A DNA stretch of 64,000 nucleotides from contig NW_005434540.1 in NCBI RefSeq assembly GCF_000315625.1, positions 1 to 64,000 of the forward strand. The letters run 5' to 3'. Origin of the DNA: Guillardia theta CCMP2712. Lineage: Eukaryota; Protista; Cryptophyta. The translations under genes were made by a program, and so were the position numbers. How positions within the stretch are numbered: position 1 is the first letter of the stretch; the number at the start of each line of letters is the position of its first letter. The notes beneath the pieces were generated by a model. The model worked only from the letters and a program-made list of their open reading frames with translations, had not been told where the DNA came from and searched no databases. Positions 1 to 15,000 of this stretch are shown here, piece by piece.

Positions 1-3000
1 GCTTTTAATGGTCAGTGGGCCGTACTAGGTAACGGAGGCGAGCTGGGAGTCGAGATCATCGTCACGGTGGACGGGCGGGCGGTGGGAGGGCGAGGGACAG
101 CAGTATTCCAGTACAGGGAGTGGGCGGAGGCCACCAGGGTAGAGCCGAGGTCAGGGCCGGCAGGAGGAGGGCAGAGAGTCATTGTGCGGGTCGCAGGAGG
201 GGAGATCAGACGGATGGAGGCAGTGTGGTGTCGTGTAGGGTCGAGGACCGGCGAGGTCTCCTTGGGAGTGGGGGTAGGCGGGGGGGGAGCGGAGTGCCGG
301 ATGCCAGCTCATGAGCCAGGGAACGTGACCGTGGAGGTAAGCGTCAACGGAGTGGACTGGGGAGGGAGGGCCGGGAGATACGAGTACACGGAGGAGTGCA
401 TGGTGAGACGGGTAGAGCCGTCGTCAGGTCCGGCTGAGGGGGGTACGGAGATAACGCTGTACGGGGCTGGGTTTAGCCGGATGGGGCCTTTGACATGCCG
501 GGTAGGGGCGACGTCAGTAGGCGACTTCAGGGTCTTGTCGGACGAGGCAGGAACATGCAGGACACCCGGGCTCCAGAGGAGAGGAAGGGAGCAGTTGACG
601 TCGGGCTGGCGAAAGTTGCATAGGATGTGGGAGAGAGGAGGGTGTGCTAGGGGCGACCCTTTCTCCTATCGAGCGTCCGTNNNNNNNNNNNNNNNNNNNN
701 NNNNNNNNNNNNNNNNNNNNNNNNNNNNNNNNNNNNNNNNNNNNNNNNNNNNNNNNNNNNNNNNNNNNNNNNNNNNNNNNGATCCAACCGTCGGTGGTGT
801 ACGGTCGTAGCGGGGTGAGGCTTTTGATCGAGGGGGAGGGTTTCAGGGCAGGGGAGAGAGGATATTGCAGGTATCAAGGGGCGAGGTGCGGAGACCAGGT
901 TTGCAGCAAGACTGAAACCACAGGCGGCACGATACTCTCCTCGAGAGCGATGACTTGTCCGTCGCCGAGCCGGGAGGCGTACGATGCGGAAGGGCTTGCG
1001 AGGGTGACTATAGAGATTGGCGGGGCAGAATACACCGGGGCAGGCATGCAGGTGCTCTACGGGAGGGAAGCGACGATATCGGCACTGATACCAAGCTCGG
1101 GTCCGGAGGGAGGAGGGGCGCTGGTGACGGTGGTCGGCTCTTGGATAAGCGGGGTAGGGGGTGCCGGGGTGTACTGCCTTTTTGGGGCAGGACAAGGAAG
1201 CAGGGCAGCTGGGCGGGTGGTATCGTCGAGCATGGCGCTATGCTCGACAAGCCATTTGTTTCCTTCTAACGCAAGCTTTTGCTTGTCGGATTCTCATTCT
1301 AGGTGTTTATCAAACTTGTTTCATTTTACAGTGTTTTCTGTCCTGTCTTCTTCGTTTTCAGCAAGGCGTCGACCCAGGAGACTTGTCATCAATGGTATTA
1401 AGGCTCCAAATGCTCAATCACATCAAGTTTTGGTGCATGGTAGCGAGTTTTGGAATTCTTCTGATATCCATTGCATTTTCCGATTAGCTTCTTCTTCTCA
1501 AATGCTGTATTTCGATGGCAAGTTTCTTTCGTCTAATCAAACTTTATGCTTACTATCGTTGTATTCGTTGCATTTCTTTGATCAAATGTACATCATTCAG
1601 GATGGGTTAATTTCAAATTTTATTCATTTCAAATATTCAAATCTTATTAGAGTACTTTCTGTGATGCCGGAATATTGCTACTACAGCGTCTCCTGTACGC
1701 TTTCGTTCATGCTCGATCAACCTCAAAATTGCAGCGATCTTGAGGTCAAAGTGGGAAATGATCCTTGTGTGATGTCATCTCCTTCTTTTGGCATTACAAA
1801 TTTCTGTAGTTGCATAGTTTCTTCGACATCCATCTCGAACTCTAGCTTCAATGTGTACTCTACTCAGGCAGAGATTCAGTCCAATGTTTCAATCAATATT
1901 TTGGACATACCCAAGATCATAAAAGTAAGTTTCTGGGATGATTCGGTGCAATTTCAGTCTTTTCTTGTCATAGACTTCGATTTTATGATGGACGACGATC
2001 CCTTCATACTTGTAAATGAAAGTTTAGCAAGTTGTCGAAGATCAATACTTTCAACAATTATCTGCTTTCTTGATTTTCAACCTCTCCTAACGACAAGCTT
2101 CAGACAATTTACACTGTGTTTTGGATTTTATCAGCATCCCGGATGGAAAAAGTGTGAAACTTATGATGCATTGCTTTGCCGAAAAGAACTCAAAGTATTT
2201 CCCACAACAGGACCAGCGTACAGTGGGTTTCATGTAACATTTTCAATCGGCTTTTCCCATGCAAGCTGGAAAACTGATGATACCAAAGTATTGTTGGCTA
2301 ACGTATCATATACAAAGCGTCCTGTCCCGATTGATGTCAAATTCATGGGGCGACATTATGCTTCCAGCTGGACTAGTGTCATTCCATCCAAGGTTGGTAA
2401 AGGAAAGATCAAATTAGAAATTCTGGTAGATAACCACATGAAATTTGAACGAGAACTACTCTTATTCGAGCCAACAATCATTCACTTTGTCAATCCCTCA
2501 ATTGTTTCCACACTGCAAGCAACTTTGATAACCATTTGGGGTTCAAACTTTTGTGCCACAGGTCAAAGTTCGCACCAATCGTGCATTGCGATGGTCGGAA
2601 ACCAACAATTCGGATGCAGACTTTGGAGTTGTACTCAGGCAATCTTCCTCTTGAATAGAAGTGAATATGGTAATTTCTCCGTTTCCCTCATAAATCCAAC
2701 AAGATCTAATTGTGTACGACTGATGGTTCAGAGAGGTTTAAATGTTCCGCCAAAGGAAAACCAAACGACGACAGTAAACGACGAACGAAAACAGAAACAA
2801 AGTACAATCGAAACACAAAAAAATCAACTGCAGAATATTCCAGAAATACACTCAATTCAACCAACCTTTGGAAATTCTCGAGTTGAAATAATTGTCACTG
2901 TAGCAGTTAGTCCCAAACCAACAAATTCTAGCAGGTGTAAATTCGGCTTTCGGCATTCCGTCCCTGCAGTCTGGGTGTCTAGTACCCTCGTCACGTGCCC

Positions 3001-6000
3001 AGTACCTCATATCGATGCGCCTCCACAGGGCCTTAACCTGACAGTACAGATCAGCAACAACGGAATAGACTTCTCAACCCCCTCCGAGGCAGCACGCTTC
3101 ATGTACACCTCCTTGCGCCCAATAGCCAAGCTACAGCCGACCACAGGGCTGACCAGCGAGACCACGCGGGTACTGATCACGGGTCAAGCAGGCTTCGGCG
3201 GAAGGATTGCACAAGAGAGCGGAGGGCAGGTGCTGTGTCAGTTCGGTAGCAGCAAGGCCTTGGGAGGTCGGGTCTTGGACGCAGGTATCGAGTGCGATGC
3301 TGAGTCAGGCATAGAAGGCAAGGTGAGTGTGCGGGTCTCAACAGATGGGGGGAGGTCGTGGGAGGACTGGGGGCTGCGATTCGAGTTTGTGAAAGGGATC
3401 GACATAGCCCGAGTAGATCCCTCGACAGGGCCTGTGGCAGGGGGAACACGGGTGACGATAGTCATGGGTCAGCGGTATGATAGCGAGTCGAGCGGGCTGT
3501 CATGCATGTTCGGGCAGACTCCGAGCGCAGGCGTTGCGGAGGTGCTATCCAGCGGAGAGCTGGTCTGCGTTGCACCTGCGGCCAAGACTGAGGCAATCGT
3601 GAAAGTGTACGTGCTGTCGGACGGTCAAATCAGGAGCACGGGGTCTGCCTTCCGATACCGGCACTGGCCCAAGGTCATGGGCCTCGGGNNNNNNNNNNNN
3701 NNNNNNNNNNNNNNNNNNNNNNNNNNNNNNNNNNNNNNNNNNNNNNNNNNNNNNNNNNNNNNNNNNNNNNNNNNNNNNNNNNNNNNNNNNNNNNNNNNNN
3801 NNNNNNNNNNNNNNNNNNNNNNNNNNNNNNNNNNNNNNNNNNNNNNNNNNNNNNNNNNNNNNNNNNNNNNNNNNNNNNNNNNNNNNNNNNNNNNNNNNNN
3901 NNNNNNNNNNNNNNNNNAAAAAGAAAAGGCCCCAAGATCTCGTGATGGTACAGTGACCTTCTTATTACCCCAAGCGATCAGTGACGTCGGAGGATATGTG
4001 TATGTACAATTTGAGCATGACGAAGAGAATAATTCTCAGTATAAACTTAGGCCATTGCAATTCCTTTATCTAAATGATGTAGCAGTCACAGGGATAGAAC
4101 CCTCTCTTGGGAGCAACCTTGGAGGAACGACCATTTTTCTGACTCTATACAACGCTCTCTCAAATTGTAAGGACATGAAAATGCACTGCACGTTTGGCAA
4201 GACGTTGGTCCAAGCATTGGACTGCTCAGACGGTGCCAAACAGATAAGATGTAAGACTCCAGAACAAAGAGATCACACCGGAATGACTTCTGTAGGGCTT
4301 TTGACGGCTATGGGAGAATCCCGAAATCAGATACCATTTCTCTTCCACGAAGAAATATCAGTTTCAGCAATCAACCCACACCAAGGATGTACTCAAACAG
4401 TTCAAACACTTACAGCACACGGCAAGAATATGATACAGAACAATCTATTATCCTGCAAAATCGGCTTTCGGCATTCCGTTCCTGCAGTCTGGGTGTCTAG
4501 TACCCTCGTCACGTGCCCAGTACCTCATATCGATGCGCCTCCACAGGGCCTTAACCTGACAGTACAGATCAGCAACAACGGAATAGACTTCTCAACCCCC
4601 TCCGAGGCAGCACGCTTCATGTACACCTCCTTGCGCCCAATAGCCAAGCTACAGCCGACCACAGGGCTGACCAGCGAGACCACGCGGGTACTGATCACGG
4701 GTCAAGCAGGCTTCGGCGGAAGGATTGCACAAGAGAGCGGAGGGCAGGTGCTGTGTCAGTTCGGTAGCAGCAAGGCCTTGGGAGGTCGGGTCTTGGACGC
4801 AGGTATCGAGTGCGATGCTGAGTCAGGCATAGAAGGCAAGGTGAGTGTGCGGGTCTCAACAGATGGGGGGAGGTCGTGGGAGGACTGGGGGCTGCGATTC
4901 GAGTTTGTGAAAGGGATCGACATAGCCCGAGTAGATCCCTCGACAGGGCCTGTGGCAGGGGGAACACGGGTGACGATAGTCATGGGTCAGCGGTATGATA
5001 GCGAGTCGAGCGGGCTGTCATGCATGTTCGGGCAGACTCCGAGCGCAGGCGTTGCGGAGGTGCTATCCAGCGGAGAGCTGGTCTGCGTTGCACCTGCGGC
5101 CAAGACTGAGGCAATCGTGAAAGTGTACGTGCTGTCGGACGGTCAAATCAGGAGCACGGGGTCTGCCTTCCGATACCGGCACTGGCCCAAGGTCATGGGC
5201 CTCGGGCCCCGATCGGGACCAGCGTCAAGGGGACAAACGATCACACTCCAGGCAGCGGGCGGGTCGTGGGGACTAGAAGACCCCGCGTGGTGCCGAGTGA
5301 GCGGGGGGCAAGCTTTATCGGCAGCTTTCATGACTGAGAGCTTGATGACGTGCCGGCTACCTCCTCATGGTCGCGGGAACGCAACGATAGAAGCAAGCTT
5401 CAACGGAAGGGACTGGGTAGAGGTAGCGGGGAGGTTCGAGTATAGAGAGCGATGCCTCATCACGGGGGTGGAGCCTTCGCTCGGACTGATGGGAGGGATC
5501 ACGAGTGTCACGTTGACAGGAGTCGGGTTGAAGGGCCTAGGCAAGAGCCGGTGCCGCATCGGGAGCAGCTGGGGGTCAAGGCTACTGGAGGTTTCAGACG
5601 CGCTTGTGATTTGCGGAGCACCAGAGGGCGGGTGGGGCTCTGTGATGCCTCCGGGAGATGTCGGAGAGGCAGATGGCGGGCGTGTGAAAGGCCTCACGGT
5701 AGGTTTGATGCTGGAAGGAGCTAGTCAGGAGGCGTGCGAAATGAAGGAGGCATACTTTCTGTACTCACCGCTGCGAATAGACAGCGTTTCGCCTTCCAGC
5801 TTGGTACAAGGTCGTCAGACGGTAGTGACGGTGGTCGGACAGACTTTCGATGAGGCCAGGAGGGTAGGATGCAAGTACTCGGAAGCTGCTGGGGCATCCT
5901 TGCAGAGCGGCGCATCCTGGGATACACAGGAAGGGACGGTGATCACGTCGTCCATGGCACTATGCAAGAGCCCCCAGATGTCCGGGAAGAGCGAAGACTT

Positions 6001-9000
6001 GTCACTCCAGGTCAGCTACGATGGTGGACAGCTCTCGTCGAGCCGACTGTCGATACGTTATATCCCAGAGCCGACGATTACAAGGCTAGAGCCAAGCGCT
6101 GGGTCAAGCGCAGGCGGCCAGGTGATCACGGTGATTGGGAGCAACATGAGAGCATCCAGGTCGGGCACCTACTGCCTTTTCGGGAACCGAGGTCAGATGC
6201 CAGCCTTGCATGTCACGACCAGCTCGATGGAGTGTGTTTCTGCTCGACAGAGTAGCCCGGCGAATGTGTCGTTTGAGGTTTTGTTTACAGGGGTTGAGAC
6301 TTTCACTCGGAGCCAGGTCACCTTTTTGTACATGAATGATAGTACGCCCTTACTGAGGCCGAGCACCGGGCCTACGCGAGGAGGGATAAGCATCTCTGTG
6401 TACGGCATCTTTCGATTAGAAAGCACTTCTTTGTCAGTGACATGTACCTTTGGTGATCGTCGTGTCAGCGCAATACTCCACACGAGCTCGCACATCGTCT
6501 GCGTCCTGCCTCCACGCGAGGAGGAAGGCAGCGCGGGTTTTCATCTTCGCGAAGGGTCACGCGAGCTAGGCTCAGCTCACTTCCTGTATCGTCGTCCGTA
6601 TGACCTCATTGGTGTATCACCTTCGTCAAGCGTTGTGAGGGGAGGGGTGGTCGTAGCTCTGCACACGGAGCAGGTCTTGCTGCCTCAAAGTACTCAATCT
6701 GAAAGTCTTGGCTGTGTCTTCGTGGGCTTGGAAGCCACCGTCCAAGTGGAAGGCTCCGTGACCGCTTCAGGGAGAATCGGTTGCCCTGTACCGCCATGGA
6801 AGACAGAGGAGCTCGTACAGATCTACGTCCTGAGGGACTATGGGGCTGAGCTCCAAGGGTCGGGAGCTACCTTTCGGTACCAGAAGGAGCTGACTTTGAT
6901 TAGCGTGCATCCATCTCGAATGGTCGGGGCAGCATCGCCGTATACTCTTAGTATCTTGGGGCGAGGGATAGAGCCGTCAACCGATCTGGTGTGCAAAGTA
7001 GGGGCGAATGATCAATCATACAGGGCGGTATACCTGTCATCAACGTCGATGAAATGCCAGGTCCGTGTCAACAGACCAGGTCGCTTCAAGCTGATGGTCA
7101 TGCGACAAGGAGCAACTCTCAGCAATGATCAACTATCAATCGAGGTATACAACGAAGAGTCCATAATTACCCTGGTACCAAGCCAAGGGCCAGATCGCGG
7201 AGGGACGGTAGTGCGGTTGTACGGAGCTGCGGAGTTCGACGAGAGAACTCGCATCGTATTTGGCCTGGAGGAGTGCAGGATAATAGATGTCCAGGATCAA
7301 GAGCTGTCGTGCCTGTCGCCAGGTCATTTCCTTCCTGGAAATGCGTCTTCAGCTCGAATCAAGGTGACGGCATACTCTTTGGGTATCATGATAGGCTCCA
7401 GGACATTCGAATACCAGAGAGAGGCACAGGTGATCGATATCAACCCCTCATCTGGAGACTTGAGAGGAGGGACCTGGATACAAGTCATTGGTGCACACTT
7501 CAACATGCATACAAGCCTGTCTTGCCGTTTCTCGGCATGGGGAGTATCGGAGCGTGTCACATACGCTTCTCGAGGTCGAGCTCGATGGGAAACCTCGTCG
7601 TCGTTGCAATGCTTGACTCCGGCATGGCCTACAGTAGGCCTCGTCACTGTTGACATTAGCAACAACGGAGTGGACTACTCAGTGCAGAGCAGGGAGTTCT
7701 TGTACGAGCAAACGCCGACAGTCGTGAACGCCATTGCTACTCGAGCGTTGACGAGCAAAATCGGTGTGGCCAGCTTCCTTGTACATGGGCTGCACTTCTC
7801 AAAGTCGCGGCACCTTCGATGCGCTGGAAGCACAGCAGCGGCTGAGTTTCTGACATCGTCTGCACTGCTCTGTGCGATCCCACTCAAGCAGGAGGGATAC
7901 ACTGCCATCGAAGTCACCAACAATGGCCAAGACTACAGCGCCGACGGCTTTGTGTACGATTGGAGCACAGCAGACTCTGATTTCGAAGGCGGGATGATGC
8001 TCACTCCTAGCCATGGGCCAAGCGACGGAGGCACTGTTGTGCAGGTCATGAACCTAAGGGTAGAGAGTACACAAGACGACAGCGTGACATGCAGCTTTGA
8101 TGGGAGCGACACGCCAGGGACAGTGGTGGGGACGAGCCAAGTGAAGTGTGTCAGTCCAACTTTGAGGAAGATGCCGGTAGATAGGTTGATAGGGGAGCTC
8201 GGGCATCGCGTCCTGGTGGAGGTGAGGTGGGAGAGCAGGAACAAAACAAGAGTTGCAAGATCGTACTTTGTTTATTTCATGCCGACTCTTATCTATAGTA
8301 TTCATCCGTCGATGGGACCTATCCAAGGTGTCACTGAGGTGCAAGTGAGGATCAGTATGATCTCGAATTCGCAGGATCTTCGTTGCAAGTTTTCGTTTGA
8401 CATCAAATCACCGGTTGAATTGGTTGTTAATGGCACATTCTCAACATCATCGATCATGCGTTGTCAGTCGCCTGCTGCATTTGTTGAAACCGAAGCCAGA
8501 GTCTCAGTAAGCAACAATAATGCTGACTACGCAACTCCAGTGACACCATTTATTTATGTTCGAACGCCAACTTTGTCAGGAGTAGTTGAATCAAGGCATC
8601 AGCTTCTTGTTGTAGGCAGTCATTTTCGAAACACGCCCTTTATCCGTTGTACATCGGGGCTAGCTACTTTCATAAGCACCACGAAGATTCGGTGTAGAAA
8701 GCCCTATGCTCCTGGACAAAACCTGGCAGTCGAGGCTAGTAATGACGGCTTTACTTTCAGTACCAACGGTATTACAGTCTCGGACTGGATAGATCCATCT
8801 ATCTACCCTTCCTTGGGGCCTGTTCGTGGCGGTATCGTAATACTCGTCAGAGGTGTTCCAGCCTCTGCGATTGCTTCAATAAGCGTGAATGGGTCTTGGA
8901 CTCCAATTGAATCTCGTGATGGTACAGTGACCTTCTTATTACCCCAAGCGATCAGTGACGTCGGAGGATATGTGTATGTACAATTTGAGCATGACGAAGA

Positions 9001-12000
9001 GAATAATTCTCAGTATAAACTTAGGCCATTGCAATTCCTTTATCTAAATGATGTAGCAGTCACAGGGATAGAACCCTCTCTTGGGAGCAACCTTGGAGGA
9101 ACGACCATTTTTCTGACTCTATACAACGCTCTCTCAAATTGTAAGGACATGAAAATGCACTGCACGTTTGGCAAGACGTTGGTCCAAGCATTGGACTGCT
9201 CAGACGGTGCCAAACAGATAAGATGTAAGACTCCAGAACAAAGAGATCACACCGGAATGACTTCTGTAGGGCTTTTGACGGCTATGGGAGAATCCCGAAA
9301 TCAGATACCATTTCTCTTCCACGAAGAAATATCAGTTTCAGCAATCAACCCACACCAAGGATGTACTCAAACAGTTCAAACACTTACAGCACACGGCAAG
9401 AATATGGAACAGTCGACACTTGATGTGCAAATTCGGCTTTCGGCATTCCGTCCCTGCAGTCTGGGTGTCTAGTACCCTCGTCACGTGCCCAGTACCTCAT
9501 ATCGATGCGCCTCCACAGGGCCTTAACCTGACAGTACAGATCAGCAACAACGGAATAGACTTCTCAACCCCCTCCGAGGCAGCACGCTTCATGTACACCT
9601 CCTTGCGCCCAATAGCCAAGCTACAGCCGACCACAGGGCTGACCAGCGAGACCACGCGGGTACTGATCACGGGTCAAGCAGGCTTCGGCGGAAGGATTGC
9701 ACAAGAGAGCGGAGGGCAGGTGCTGTGTCAGTTCGGTAGCAGCAAGGCCTTGGGAGGTCGGGTCTTGGACGCAGGTATCGAGTGCGATGCTGAGTCAGGC
9801 ATAGAAGGCAAGGTGAGTGTGCGGGTCTCAACAGATGGGGGGAGGTCGTGGGAGGACTGGGGGCTGCGATTCGAGTTTGTGAAAGGGATCGACATAGCCC
9901 GAGTAGATCCCTCGACAGGGCCTGTGGCAGGGGGAACACGGGTGACGATAGTCATGGGTCAGCGGTATGATAGCGAGTCGAGCGGGCTGTCATGCATGTT
10001 CGGGCAGACTCCGAGCGCAGGCGTTGCGGAGGTGCTATCCAGCGGAGAGCTGGTCTGCGTTGCACCTGCGGCCAAGACTGAGGCAATCGTGAAAGTGTAC
10101 GTGCTGTCGGACGGTCAAATCAGGAGCACGGGGTCTGCCTTCCGATACCGGCACTGGCCCAAGGTCATGGGCCTCGGGCCCCGATCGGGACCAGCGTCAA
10201 GGGGACAAACGATCACACTCCAGGCAGCGGGCGGGTCGTGGGGACTAGAAGACCCCGCGTGGTGCCGAGTGAGCGGGGGGCAAGCTTTATCGGCAGCTTT
10301 CATGACTGAGAGCTTGATGACGTGCCGGCTACCTCCTCATGGTCGCGGGAACGCAACGATAGAAGCAAGCTTCAACGGAAGGGACTGGGTAGAGGTAGCG
10401 GGGAGGTTCGAGTATAGAGAGCGATGCCTCATCACGGGGGTGGAGCCTTCGCTCGGACTGATGGGAGGGATCACGAGTGTCACGTTGACAGGAGTCGGGT
10501 TGAAGGGCCTAGGCAAGAGCCGGTGCCGCATCGGGAGCAGCTGGGGGTCAAGGCTACTGGAGGTTTCAGACGCGCTTGTGATTTGCGGAGCACCAGAGGG
10601 CGGGTGGGGCTCTGTGATGCCTCCGGGAGATGTCGGAGAGGCAGATGGCGGGCGTGTGAAAGGCCTCACGGTAGGTTTGATGCTGGAAGGAGCTAGTCAG
10701 GAGGCGTGCGAAATGAAGGAGGCATACTTTCTGTACTCACCGCTGCGAATAGACAGCGTTTCGCCTTCCAGCTTGGTACAAGGTCGTCAGACGGTAGTGA
10801 CGGTGGTCGGACAGACTTTCGATGAGGCCAGGAGGGTAGGATGCAAGTACTCGGAAGCTGCTGGGGCATCCTTGCAGAGCGGCGCATCCTGGGATACACA
10901 GGAAGGGACGGTGATCACGTCGTCCATGGCACTATGCAAGAGCCCCCAGATGTCCGGGAAGAGCGAAGACTTGTCACTCCAGGTCAGCTACGATGGTGGA
11001 CAGCTCTCGTCGAGCCGACTGTCGATACGTTATATCCCAGAGCCGACGATTACAAGGCTAGAGCCAAGCGCTGGGTCAAGCGCAGGCGGCCAGGTGATCA
11101 CGGTGATTGGGAGCAACATGAGAGCATCCAGGTCGGGCACCTACTGCCTTTTCGGGAACCGAGGTCAGATGCCAGCCTTGCATGTCACGACCAGCTCGAT
11201 GGAGTGTGTTTCTGCTCGACAGAGTAGCCCGGCGAATGTGTCGTTTGAGGTTTTGTTTACAGGGGTTGAGACTTTCACTCGGAGCCAGGTCACCTTTTTG
11301 TACATGAATGATAGTACGCCCTTACTGAGGCCGAGCACCGGGCCTACGCGAGGAGGGATAAGCATCTCTGTGTACGGCATCTTGCGATTAGAAAGCACTT
11401 CTTTGTCAGTGACATGTACCTTTGGTGATCGTCGTGTCAGCGCAATACTCCACACGAGCTCGCACATCGTCTGCGTCCTGCCTCCACGCGAGGAGGAAGG
11501 CAGCGCGGGTTTTCATCTTCGCGAAGGGTCACGCGAGCTAGGCTCAGCTCACTTCCTGTATCGTCGTCCGTATGACCTCGTTGGTGTATCACTTCGTCAG
11601 CGTTGTGAGGGAGGGGTGGTCGTAGCTCTGCACACGGAGCAGGTCTTGCTGCCTCAAAGTAATACTCAATCTGAAAGTCTTGGCTGTGTCTTCGTGGGCT
11701 TGGAAGCCACCGTCCAAGTGGAAGGCTCCGTGACCGCTTCAGGGAGAATCGGTTGCCCTGTACCGCCATGGAAGACAGAGGAGCTCGTACAGATCCACGT
11801 CCTGAGGGACTATGGGGCTGAGCTCCAAGGGTCGGGAGCTACCTTTCGGTACCAGAAGGAGCTGACTTTGATTAGCGTGCATCCATCTCGAATGGTCGGG
11901 GCAGCATCGCCGTATACTCTTAGTATCTTGGGGCGAGGGATAGAGCCGTCAACCGATCTGGTGTGCAAAGTAGGGGCGAATGATCAATCATACAGGGCGG

Positions 12001-15000
12001 TATACCTGTCATCAACGTCGATGAAATGCCAGGTCCGTGTCAACAGACCAGGTCGCTTCAAGCTGATGGTCATGCGACAAGGAGCAACTCTCAGCAATGA
12101 TCAACTATCAATCGAGGTATACAACGAAGAGTCCATAATTACCCTGGTACCAAGCCAAGGGCCAGATCGCGGAGGGACGGTAGTGCGGTTGTACGGAGCT
12201 GCGGAGTTCGACGAGAGAACTCGCATCGTATTTGGCCTGGAGGAGTGCAGGATAATAGATGTCCAGGATCAAGAGCTGTCGTGCCTGTCGCCAGGTCATT
12301 TCCTTCCTGGAAATGCGTCTTCAGCTCGAATCAAGGTGACGGCATACTCTTTGGGTATCATGATAGGCTCCAGGACATTCGAATACCAGAGAGAGGCACA
12401 GGTGATCGATATCAACCCCTCATCTGGAGACTTGAGAGGAGGGACCTGGATACAAGTCATTGGTGCACACTTCAACATGCATACAAGCCTGTCTTGCCGT
12501 TTCTCGGCATGGGGAGTATCGGAGCGTGTCACATACGCTTCTCGAGGTCGAGCTCGATGGGAAACCTCGTCGTCGTTGCAATGCTCGACTCCGGCATGGC
12601 CTACAGTAGGCCTCGTCACTGTTGACATTAGCAACAACGGAGTGGACTACTCAGTGCAGAGCAGGGAGTTCTTGTACGAGCAAACGCCGACAGTCGTGAA
12701 CGCCATTGCTACTCGAGCGTTGACGAGCAAAATCGGTGTGGCCAGCTTCCTTGTACATGGGCTGCACTTCTCAAAGTCGCGGCACCTTCGATGCGCTGGA
12801 AGCACAGCAGCGGCTAAGTTTCTGACATCGTCTGCACTGCTCTGTGCGATCCCACTCAAGCAGGAGGGATACACTGCCATCGAAGTCACCAACAATGGCC
12901 AAGACTACAGCGCCGACGGCTTTGTGTACGATTGGAGCACAGCAGACTCTGATTTCGAAGGCGGGATGATGCTCACTCCTAGCCATGGGCCAAGCGACGG
13001 AGGCACTGTTGTGCAGGTCATGAACCTAAGGGTAGAGAGTACGCAAGACGACAGCGTGACATGCAGCTTTGATGGGAGCGACACGCCAGGGACAGTGGTG
13101 GGGACGAGCCAAGTGAAGTGTGTCAGTCCAACTTTGAGGAAGATGCCGGTAGATAGGTTGATAGGGGAGCTCGGGCATCGCGTCCTGGTGGAGGTGAGGT
13201 GGGAGAGCAGGAACAAAACAAGAGTCGCAAGATCTTATTATGCATACCATACACGATTGCAAGTTCACGGAATCTCACCAAGCTGCGGTCCAACGACAGG
13301 CTCAACCCAAGTCGCCGTCACAGGGTCCGGCTTCCTCGAGGTAGCCAGCCTCACCTGCCGCTTCGGCGCGAGTGTAGGAGATGGTAGCCCAAGCTCCGGC
13401 GGTCTGGGCAGCTGGAGGGAGGTACCGGGGAAGTGGCGGTCGTCTACGCTTGTGGGCTGCTCAGCACCCGCAGCATCCGGAGAGCAGACGATGCAGGTCC
13501 AGCTCAGCAACAACGGGGTCGACTTCTCCTCCGCGAGCGCGACCTACACGTACGAGCGAGCCCCTACCGTCACATCGCTGAGCCTCCTTGCCCTTGACGG
13601 GAGCTCTGGTCAGGTCGAGCAGGACCACGGACGCACGGTGCGGGTGATCGGGAAGCACTTTGTCGCAAGCCCGCAGCTGAGGTGCAGCCTGCCGGGGGTC
13701 GCCAGATACATCTCTTCTTCCATTGTTCTGTGCCACATCTCTTCTATTTCCGTCAAGAATGTCACTGTGGAAATCGCCAACGATGGCGTGTCGTTCTCGG
13801 ATAGTAGCTTGTTCGTGTCGCTCACAAGTGCTACGCCCCGCTTCTCCGAGGAGGTCCAGCTTGAGCCGACCATGGGTCCCAGCAGAGGCGGAACACAGGT
13901 CACCGTCCGTCTGCTTGGTGCGGAGGGGCTCCAGGGCGTATCTTTATCCCTGCAGGTGGGACTAGAGGGCAGTGCAGAATGCCGCTACCAGAGCGGTACA
14001 GAGTACCGGTGTCAGATGCCCGAGGTACGCTCGACGACGAACCGTGTGCTGTCCCGATACACGGTACCGGTACACCTCGTCATAGAGGGACAGCCGGCTT
14101 TGTCACGCGGAGGAGTAGTGTACACGTACTACGTAGAGGAGAGAGTGTCCGGGCTATCACCTTGCTCAGGACCAGCGGAAGGGTCAACCCAAGTCGCCGT
14201 CACAGGGTCCGGCTTCCTCGAGGTAGCCAGCCTCACCTGCCGCTTCGGCGCGAGTGTAGGAGATGGTAGCCCAAGCTCCGGCGGTCTGGGCAGCTGGAAG
14301 GAGGTACCGGGGAAGTGGCGGTCGTCTACGCTTGTAGGCTGCTCAGCACCCGCAGCATCCGGAGAGCAGACGATGCAGGTCCAGCTCAGCAACAACGGGG
14401 TCGACTTCTCCTCCGCGAGCGCGACCTACACGTACGAGCGAGCCCCTACCGTCACATCGCTGAGCCTCCTTGCCCTTGACGGGAGCTCTGGTCAGGTCGA
14501 GCAGGACCACGGACGCACGGTGCGGGTGATCGGGAAGCACTTTGTCGCAAGCCCGCAGCTGAGGTGCAGCCTGCCGGGGGTCGCCAGATACATCACGTCG
14601 TCTATGGTCGATTGTGTATCAGGAGGGGGCCGTGTCGGGGGGAACCTGACGGTCGAGGTAAGCAACAACGGTCAGGACTGGAGCAGAGATGGAGTTTCAA
14701 TGGTGAGGGGAGGATCGTATTGGATTAGTGTCATACCCAGCAGTGGTCCAACGTCAGGTGGCAACTTTGTCAGTGTTGTCATGGCACACGGCTATGAATC
14801 CCCTGTCTTGACATGCAGATTTGGAGGGGTATGGGTATCGGGAACACGTGTAACGAGTACCGAGATTTCATGCCTTGTTCCTCCTTCGTCTGCATCTGTA
14901 GCGATTGCATTGACGCTGATATCAGACAGCCTTGAAGAGTGGGGTGCAGCTACATATGAGTATGTGCAATATCCGAGGATTGATGCGCTAGTACCTTCGT

